Positions 17,965 to 23,694 of a stretch of 23,694 bases of DNA are shown here, in pieces (position 1 is the first letter of the stretch; each line of letters starts with the position of its first letter). The notes under the pieces were generated by a model that was not told the DNA's origin, ran no database searches, and saw nothing but the letters and a program-made list of their open reading frames with translations. The DNA comes from Bdellovibrionota bacterium (GTDB lineage Bacteria > Bdellovibrionota_C > UBA2361 > OMII01): positions 1-23,694 of the forward strand of contig JBIKWQ010000055.1 in assembly GCA_044356215.1 (NCBI GenBank). The letters run 5' to 3'. A program made the translations under genes and the position numbers.

Positions 17965-19059
17965 TTACACTCTATCAAAATCCTCCTCTCTCACTCCAAT
18001 AGCAACCTTGGCTTGCAGATCTATAGGAAGCGATTTAACGCACATCTCTATACAAACCTGTAGGTCGTTGGCTGGTCCAGAATGCGCTCCGATAAATTGA
18101 TCAAGCTCCCGAGCCCGCTGCTTCACCATCTCACGAACGATCGCGTGTGTCGCCAAAGACGGGCCGATCTGATTGAGCACATAAGAGAACGCCAGCGCTA
18201 TATCGATAAGCGGCCTGATTGCCAGGGCGGAGAGCCCACGATCTAGTCCGCACTTCGCTGTGTATATGGCGTCTATCGCCCCATAACTCGACAGAAATGG
18301 CGCATCCCAGATATCGTTACGGATCCCTGCGCTCAGAATCACATCCCACTGACGAGTTCCGCCAGCTCCCGCATTTAAGAAGTCAAAGAACTCACTCTGT
18401 TCAATGCCCCCTAGTTGACCACCCTGAAAACACTCAGAGTGCAGAGCTGCCGCGGAGCAGATCCCGATCAATCCGTTAAAGACCATCGCCTGCCCCATTA
18501 ACTTAACCTCAGTAGCGGCGCTTGGACTCTTGCCGAAATACTTCGGTGTACCTAGCTTCGATAGAGCAGGATGAAGTCGCTCATAGACCTCCGCGCTACC
18601 GCTAGCCAGGATCAACATTGTTGCCTTCTCAGCTCCGATTGGACCTCCAGTCAAAGGGTAATTCACGTAGTCGACCCCCTGCCTTGCGCAAAAACTATTC
18701 GCGGCCTCTGCGAAGCCGGCGCTTACGGTGGACATGTGGCAGATGAATGGATTCGCTCCATCGCGACGAAGCAGTTTAGCTAGTTTGGCTATCAGTGGCA
18801 GGTCATCGCCGTTTTTTCCACAGCAAACGAAAACACCGTCAAGTTCTCGATCTCCGCCCACTACATCTTCAATCTGCGGCACAAGGCTAGCGCCGTGACG
18901 TATCCAGGCCTCGCGGCAGCGATCGCGGTTCGCGCCGGGAGACCCACGGTCATGCACCCGAATAGCTTTAGCTGGCCCCCCTGGCGTCCAATGTCGCGCC
19001 ATCGGTGACGCCATCAGCCCCAATCCTCCAAAAACACCTACGCGGAGAGTATTTTGCAT
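17965..19059 (-). CDS. NAD(P)-dependent oxidoreductase, divergent beta-hydroxyacid dehydrogenase (HIBADH/6PGD) family
   Basis: GLGLMASPMARH, CHMSTVS, YPLTGGPIGAEKATMLILASG, ATEVKLMGQ (catalytic Lys position). Confidence 0.85.
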   Translation of the reverse strand: MQNTLRVGVFGGLGLMASPMARHWTPGGPAKAIRVHDRGSPGANRDRCREAWIRHGASLVPQIEDVVGGDRELDGVFVCCGKNGDDLPLIAKLAKLLRRDGANPFICHMSTVSAGFAEAANSFCARQGVDYVNYPLTGGPIGAEKATMLILASGSAEVYERLHPALSKLGTPKYFGKSPSAATEVKLMGQAMVFNGLIGICSAAALHSECFQGGQLGGIEQSEFFDFLNAGAGGTRQWDVILSAGIRNDIWDAPFLSSYGAIDAIYTAKCGLDRGLSALAIRPLIDIALAFSYVLNQIGPSLATHAIVREMVKQRARELDQFIGAHSGPANDLQVCIEMCVKSLPIDLQAKVAIGVREEDFDRV

Positions 19060-19153
19060 ATGTTTAATCCGTAAAGTAATTCGCTCTTGAGAATAACCAG
19101 CGGCCGGATGAGAGGCAAGGAGAGGTTACTGTTAGCTAATGTGGCAGCCGCGG

Positions 19154-19181
19154 CAAAGCGGCGCAGGAGCGCCGCACTCCA
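19154..19181 (-). repeat. Single REP-like palindrome (TGGAGTGCGGCG...CGCCGCTTTG)
   Basis: 7-bp stem gcggcgc/gcgccgc with 4-nt loop, preceded on the minus strand by GGAGT. Confidence 0.55.
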
Positions 19182-19257
19182 TTTTTTGGCACAGCCAAGC
19201 TGTCATAGGAGAACTGCCGCTGCAGGGGCAAGCGAAGCGCCCCTTGCCCGTCATGAC

Positions 19258-19431
19258 ACCTGAAAACGGCAGTCGAGGGACAAGAAAATGGTGCAGGTGG
19301 ACAAAAGCGCGCAGGATTTTGATTTTTCGGCGCGCAACCCTGGCCCGCCAGGGTGAGCACCGAAAGGTCAAAAGCCAAAGCGATTTTGGTCACATGCGCC
19401 GTTTTCTGGCCCGAGACTGCCGTTTTCAGGT
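19258..19431 (+). mobile_element. 174-bp fold-back element B, copy 1 (MITE-like)
   Basis: Perfect 17-bp terminal inverted repeat acctgaaaacggcagtc/gactgccgttttcaggt; nested inner stems. Mobility is inferred. Confidence 0.6.
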
Positions 19432-19664
19432 TCTATCTTGGCGCAGCCAAGTTGTCATAGGAGATAACTGGGGGTGCAGGGGGAAAGCGAAGCGCCCCTT
19501 GCCCGTCATGACAATCTTGGCGCAGCCAAGTTGTCATAGGAGATAACTGGGGGTGCAGGGGGCAAGCGAAGCGCCCCTTGCCCGTCATGACAATCTTGGC
19601 GCAGCCAAGTTGTCATAGGAGATAACTGGGGGGTGCAGGAGGAAAGCCCCTTGCCCGTCATGAC

Positions 19665-19838
19665 ACCTGAAAACGGCAGTCGAGGGACAAGAAAATGGTG
19701 CAGGTGGACAAAAGCGCGCAGGATTTTGATTTTTCGGCGCGCAACCCTGGCCCGCCAGGGTGAGCACAGAAAGGTCAAAAGCCAAAGCGATTTTGGTCAC
19801 ATGCGCCGTTTTCTGGCGCGAGACTGACGTTTTCAGGT
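19665..19838 (+). mobile_element. 174-bp fold-back element B, copy 2
   Basis: Three substitutions relative to copy 1; offset 407 bp. Confidence 0.6.
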
Positions 19839-20107
19839 TCCATCTTGGCGCAGCCAAGTTGTCATAGGAGAGAAACTGGGGGGTGCAGGGGGCAAGCGAA
19901 GCGCCCCTTGCCCGTCATGACAATCTTGGCGCAGCCAAGTTGTCATAGGAGATAACTGGGGGTGCAGGAGGAAAGCCCCTTGCCCGTCATGACAATCTTG
20001 GCGCAGCCAAGTTGTCATAGGAGATAACTGGGGGTGCAGGGGGCAAGCGAAGCGCCCCTTGCCCGTCATGACAATCTTGGCGCAGCCAAGTTGTCATAGG
20101 CAAAAAA

Positions 20108-20184
20108 TGGAGCGGGAGACGAGACTCGAACCCGCGACCCTCAGCTTGGAAGGCTGATGCTCTAGCCAACTGAGCTACTCCCGC
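20108..20184 (-). tRNA. tRNA-Gly (anticodon TCC), CCA encoded
   Basis: gcgggagtagctcagttggctagagcatcagcctTCCaagctgagggtcgcgggttcgagtctcgtctcccgctcca folds as a 77-nt cloverleaf. Confidence 0.98.
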
Positions 20185-20394
20185 TCACGAACTTTAGGCC
20201 CATGTTTAGTGGTAACCTCAGTACGCATCGGCGATTGAACACCAAAACGTTACAAAAAGCAACTACTGGCGGTGGCTGCGAGACCGCGAGGCATTTACGC
20301 TCATATCCCTAAAAGGGGGTACCACCAACGCTCCGGATATCTATATATTTACGGGGCGACCAATGAAGGTGTGATAGCAACGGTTCACCGCGAG

Positions 20395-21105
20395 ATGAAA
20401 AATAAGATTGCCCCAAAAAAGACTTCACGAAGGCCAAGTATCGTTGAACCACTACTGATCTCTATCGCAGACCCCAAGGGCACCGCCAATCGATTGATCA
20501 AGCCAAACGATTACCCACCTTATGGCATCACGCTGATTTTAATATTTTTGTGTGTTTGCGTCTCCCCACCCCTGGTTTACGCGCCCATTTATTATGAGGG
20601 AGGCGTCGATACTAAAAAAACTGCAACGGTCTTAACCAGTACAATCATGACTATCTCTTTGCTGGTTATTCTTCTCTCGTTTATCGCTCACGCGTGTAAC
20701 GTGAAGAGGCCTTTTGGTAAGATCTTCGCGTCGGTAGCCTACTGCACAGCGCCGCTCACCATAATATTCGCTACACTTCTCCTGGCCAATAAAATCCTGA
20801 TGGGAAACCTAACCCTGCTCACTTTTATCTCAAATAATTTGAGCTTATTAACGGACCTAATATCTCACATCTTCCCGTTCGCGCTGAGAATAGCTTTAGC
20901 CGTTTCGCTCTTTAACCTCTCCCAATTTCTATCCGCCGCTTCTCGAGGTGGCCTCGGACTGGGTATTGTTCTGGCGCTACTAACAGTTCCGTTACTGTTA
21001 GGATCTTTTGTAGCCTCCCTCTGGATTATCGAATCCTTTGATCGCTCGGCCTCTTACGATGTAATTACTTTCTTTTCTAACTTTATGGCGTATCCTGCCA
21101 AGTAA
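20395..21105 (+). CDS. Multi-pass membrane protein, possibly YIP1-like
   Basis: About five hydrophobic segments; DPKGTANRL before the first helix and FASVAYCTAPL resemble YIP1-family proteins. ATG 20395 preferred over GTG 20272. Confidence 0.75.
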   Translation: MKNKIAPKKTSRRPSIVEPLLISIADPKGTANRLIKPNDYPPYGITLILIFLCVCVSPPLVYAPIYYEGGVDTKKTATVLTSTIMTISLLVILLSFIAHACNVKRPFGKIFASVAYCTAPLTIIFATLLLANKILMGNLTLLTFISNNLSLLTDLISHIFPFALRIALAVSLFNLSQFLSAASRGGLGLGIVLALLTVPLLLGSFVASLWIIESFDRSASYDVITFFSNFMAYPAK

Positions 21106-21110
21106 GGTAA

Positions 21111-21370
21111 CTAGGGAAGGCCGGCAAAACCCCTCCCTACTGCGAAAGCGGATCTTGAGCTGCTCTTCGAGTTTTCGAGATGGGAAAAAATCCTCAATGT
21201 ATCACTGGGGATACACCTCCGGCCTTCGCTAAAGCTACGGCCGGCGAGGCTTTTGTCGGACCAGACGTAGCCTTGGCGTAGTCTGGTGCGGTTTTTTCCC
21301 ATCTCGAAAATCGAATATCAACTCAACCTCCACTTTCTCGTTACGGGTAGGTTTTGCCGGCCTTCCCTAG
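21111..21370 (-). mobile_element. CTAG-bounded fold-back element (MITE/REPIN-like), copy 2, 260 bp, inverted relative to copy 1
   Basis: Perfect 21-bp terminal inverted repeats ctagggaaggccggcaaaacc / ggttttgccggccttccctag; reverse complement aligns end to end with 4643-4887, with an extra ~14-nt segment forming tgtatc-cccagt-gataca. Confidence 0.85.
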
Positions 21371-22653
21371 GCCAGCGAGGCAAACCCCTGAACCGATTTC
21401 TCAAGCGTCTCTTTAATCGGACCCCCTCTGTGAGCCGCTGATACAAATCCCGCCTCAAAAGCTGATGGCGCGAAATAAACCCCTTGTTCGAGCATCGTTC
21501 TGAAAAACGCCACGAATCTATCCTTGTTCACATGCGCGGTATCTCGAAATGATCGAACGGGACGCTCACTAAAAAAGAAGCCAAACATCGTGCCGACGCT
21601 TTCAGCTTGGAGAGCCACCGCTGAGCTCGCAGCGACATTCAAGAGTCCAGCGACTAGAGCGCTTGTCGCCGCTACGGTCTCTTCAAAAACTCCTGGCTTG
21701 GACCACTCTCGCAGTGTCACTAGACCAGCCACCATCGCTAAAGGATTTCCAGACAACGTACCAGCCTGATAGACCGGCCCAAGTGGGGCGAGTAGCTTCA
21801 TAATATCTCTGCGTCCACCAAAAGCCCCTACCGGAAGACCGCCTCCGATAACTTTGCCGAGCATAGTTAGATCTGGTTTTATATCGTACAGCTTTTGAGC
21901 ACCTCCGAGATTAACCCGGAACCCGGTCATTACCTCATCGAAAATGAGTAAAGCGCCGAACTTCTCTGTAATAGCGCGCAGGCCATTTAGAAATCCTGAC
22001 TGCGGAACAAGTAGACCACAGTTGCCAACAACGGGCTCAACAATAACTGCGGCGATCTGATTGCCACACGCGTTAAATAGCGCGTCCACTGAATCGAGGT
22101 CGTTATACTGAGCGACCAGAGTATCTCCGACTACAGCGGCAGGCACTCCAGCGCATTCTGGAAGCCCGAGTGTGAGCACTCCGGAACCAGCTTTAGCTAA
22201 CAGCACATCCGCGTGTCCGTGATAACACCCTTCGAATTTAACTATCTTCTGTCTACCTGTGAAACCTCTGGCTAACCGAATCACCGCCATGCCAGCTTCG
22301 GTTCCTGAGTTTACGAAACGGAGCAGCTCGAGCGATGGAAACAGTCGCTTTACCTCCTCCGCTAGACGAGCCTCAAGCTCATGACACGCACCGAAACTCG
22401 TTCCGCGACAGGCTTGCTGATGCAGAGCCTCAACTACACTTGGATGCGCATGCCCTAATACCAGAGGACCCCAACTGTTAATGTAATCAACGTAGCGGTT
22501 CCCATCAACGTCGATGAGGTAAGCTCCCTCACCACGGTCGACTATAAATGGCTCCATGCCGACGGATTTAAACGCCCTTACCGGAGAATTAACTCCTCCA
22601 GGAAAGAGCTCTTTCGCTCTGTCGAAGGCCGCTTCTGAACGTTGACGCTTCAT
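21367..22653 (-). CDS. hemL: Glutamate-1-semialdehyde 2,1-aminomutase
   Basis: PGGVNSPVRAF, SWGPLVLGHAHP, RFVNSGTEA, FEGCYHGH, FDEVMTGFR, LGKVIGGGLPVGAFGG, YQAGTLSGNPLAM. Confidence 0.99.
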   Translation of the reverse strand: MKRQRSEAAFDRAKELFPGGVNSPVRAFKSVGMEPFIVDRGEGAYLIDVDGNRYVDYINSWGPLVLGHAHPSVVEALHQQACRGTSFGACHELEARLAEEVKRLFPSLELLRFVNSGTEAGMAVIRLARGFTGRQKIVKFEGCYHGHADVLLAKAGSGVLTLGLPECAGVPAAVVGDTLVAQYNDLDSVDALFNACGNQIAAVIVEPVVGNCGLLVPQSGFLNGLRAITEKFGALLIFDEVMTGFRVNLGGAQKLYDIKPDLTMLGKVIGGGLPVGAFGGRRDIMKLLAPLGPVYQAGTLSGNPLAMVAGLVTLREWSKPGVFEETVAATSALVAGLLNVAASSAVALQAESVGTMFGFFFSERPVRSFRDTAHVNKDRFVAFFRTMLEQGVYFAPSAFEAGFVSAAHRGGPIKETLEKSVQGFASLA

Positions 22654-22702
22654 ACGCTCTATTTGCCCTTAATTATCGTCCTCTGTCCTGTTCTTACCGC
22701 GG

Positions 22703-23503
22703 TTAATCGACCCCGCGCCGTGGCTCGGCGATCGTAGGATCTGACCCGAAATCAACCTCTCGTCCATCCGAAACTCCATCACCATCAGAATCAACCTTGA
22801 GAGGGTTTGAGCCAACGGCGATCTCCTTGTTATCTGGCAATCCATCTCCGTCGCTATCCATAGACTGCGGATTCATGCCACGCTTCTCCTCGGTTTCATC
22901 GCTTACTCCATCGCGATCGGAGTCGATTATCTGCTCGCCTTCACGCAATGACTCAGGAAGTAACGCCGCTGCTGAAACCCTATCCTCAAGACGGGTAACG
23001 ACCGCGCCTCTCGGGAATTGTCCCGCGTTGCTCGGCTCACTTCCGGAATCCTCCTCAAGCGAGTCGCTAAAGCCATCGCCGTCAGAGTCCTGCCATGATC
23101 CGTCCTCATCCTTTGAAAAAGACTCTCCTAACCAGTTAGTGGCGCCAAGCGCGCCGACAGCAGCTCCAGCGATAGCCGGAGCCTTATCTACAGGCGGCTT
23201 AGCTCCAAGCTTAGAGAGTTCCTGATATAGGTCGTCCTCGACCCCATTTTCCTCGGTAGAGACGTCATCATCACTGGATTGCTGCGCCCCTGAACTAAAT
23301 GATGATGAGCTAGAACTGGCCGAAGATGAGGAATTAGACGCACCGGTCGCGGTTACCGTAGCCGTAACGGTCCCGGTCGGCACAGAGGATTGGCCCCCAA
23401 CTTCATAGTCAGTTTGACATGCTTTAGTGCCGCTGACGACCACACCTACGGCGACCACCATTATCGCGCTTGCGCACCGATCTAACCAATTTCCTGCATT
23501 CAT
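22703..23503 (-). CDS. Putative lipoprotein/secreted protein with Ca-binding DxDxDG (bacterial thrombospondin type 3-like) repeats
   Basis: GAGGT before ATG 23503; hydrophobic [12 protein letters not shown] then TKAC; Ser/Thr-rich linker; [48 protein letters not shown]. Confidence 0.85.
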   Translation of the reverse strand: MNAGNWLDRCASAIMVVAVGVVVSGTKACQTDYEVGGQSSVPTGTVTATVTATGASNSSSSASSSSSSFSSGAQQSSDDDVSTEENGVEDDLYQELSKLGAKPPVDKAPAIAGAAVGALGATNWLGESFSKDEDGSWQDSDGDGFSDSLEEDSGSEPSNAGQFPRGAVVTRLEDRVSAAALLPESLREGEQIIDSDRDGVSDETEEKRGMNPQSMDSDGDGLPDNKEIAVGSNPLKVDSDGDGVSDGREVDFGSDPTIAEPRRGVD

Positions 23504-23647
23504 AGAAACCTCTGACCTAAGAAGAAAGTCTGACCCAATTAGGGAAATGGGGCAAAACATCCCTGCTGATTACATACACGCCAGGGGTAAGTATTGCCTT
23601 GCTGTCCTAGGCTACCCTGGACGGCCTCGTTTAGAAAGGGGCATCGC

Positions 23648-23694
23648 ATGAGGCCAAACCTTCCAATCCAAAAAATCCGGTGGGTAGTTACCCA
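23648..23694 (+). CDS. Possible 5' end of a gene running off the window (MRPNLPIQKIRWVVT...)
   Basis: AAGGGG 6 nt upstream of the ATG; open to the window end; too short to verify. Confidence 0.3.
   Translation, partial: MRPNLPIQKIRWVVT

Larger units (their letters stand above)
19186..20100. repeat. Composite tandem hairpin array A-B-A-A-A'-B-A-A'-A-a
   Basis: A units (72-81 bp; atcttggcgcagccaagttgtcataggagataactgggggtgcagggggcaagcgaagcgccccttgcccgtcatgaca) start at ~19186 (divergent), 19435, 19514, 19593, 19842, 19923, 19995, with a partial at 20074; B modules at 19258-19431 and 19665-19838. Confidence 0.97.

Noticed and set aside
19186..20100. CRISPR array (30-nt palindromic repeat with ~42-51 nt intervals)
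   Set aside because: Intervening sequences are near-identical rather than unique spacers; no cas genes or AT-rich leader in the window.
19132..20169. ORFs across the array (19132..19371, 19136..19393, 19139..19546, 19506..19778, 19585..19857, 19633..19827, 19833..20069, 19987..20169)
   Set aside because: Translations of repeats and tRNA in several frames on both strands; unit lengths such as 79 and 73 do not preserve frame.
1735..23225. Many short antisense or alternate-frame ORFs nested in long genes (e.g. 3154..3465, 8954..9241, 13720..14061, 17054..17521, 22797..23225)
   Set aside because: Shadow ORFs of well-supported genes with no independent motifs.

Overview
Chromosomal window (~50% GC) from an apparently Gram-negative bacterium (lipoproteins, periplasmic binding protein); taxonomy cannot be fixed from this window. 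Recognisable genes: acyl-CoA dehydrogenase, P1B-type heavy-metal ATPase, deoxyhypusine/homospermidine-synthase-like protein, GNAT, LivK-like binding protein, uvrB, Leu/Phe/Val dehydrogenase, ALDH7-type aldehyde dehydrogenase, a beta-hydroxyacid-dehydrogenase-like enzyme, hemL, tRNA-Leu(CAG) and tRNA-Gly(TCC), plus several secreted or hypothetical proteins. The unusual content is mostly non-coding. (1) Two inverted copies of a 245-260 bp CTAG-bounded fold-back element (4643-4887, 21111-21370) differ by six compensatory base-pair changes, and in each a terminal CTAG supplies the TAG stop of the neighbouring gene; a possible third relic lies on the ATPase stop. (2) A ~915 bp modular hairpin array directly downstream of tRNA-Gly is built from ~79 bp units with GCGAAGC/GCA mini-hairpins, interrupted twice by a 174 bp fold-back element. 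Also notable are a signal-peptide protein ending in a catalytically dead, truncated Xer-like domain and a 49-aa lipoprotein ORF missing from the ORF track. No transposase, cas gene or true CRISPR array is present. All family calls come from motif recognition by eye; no searches were run.
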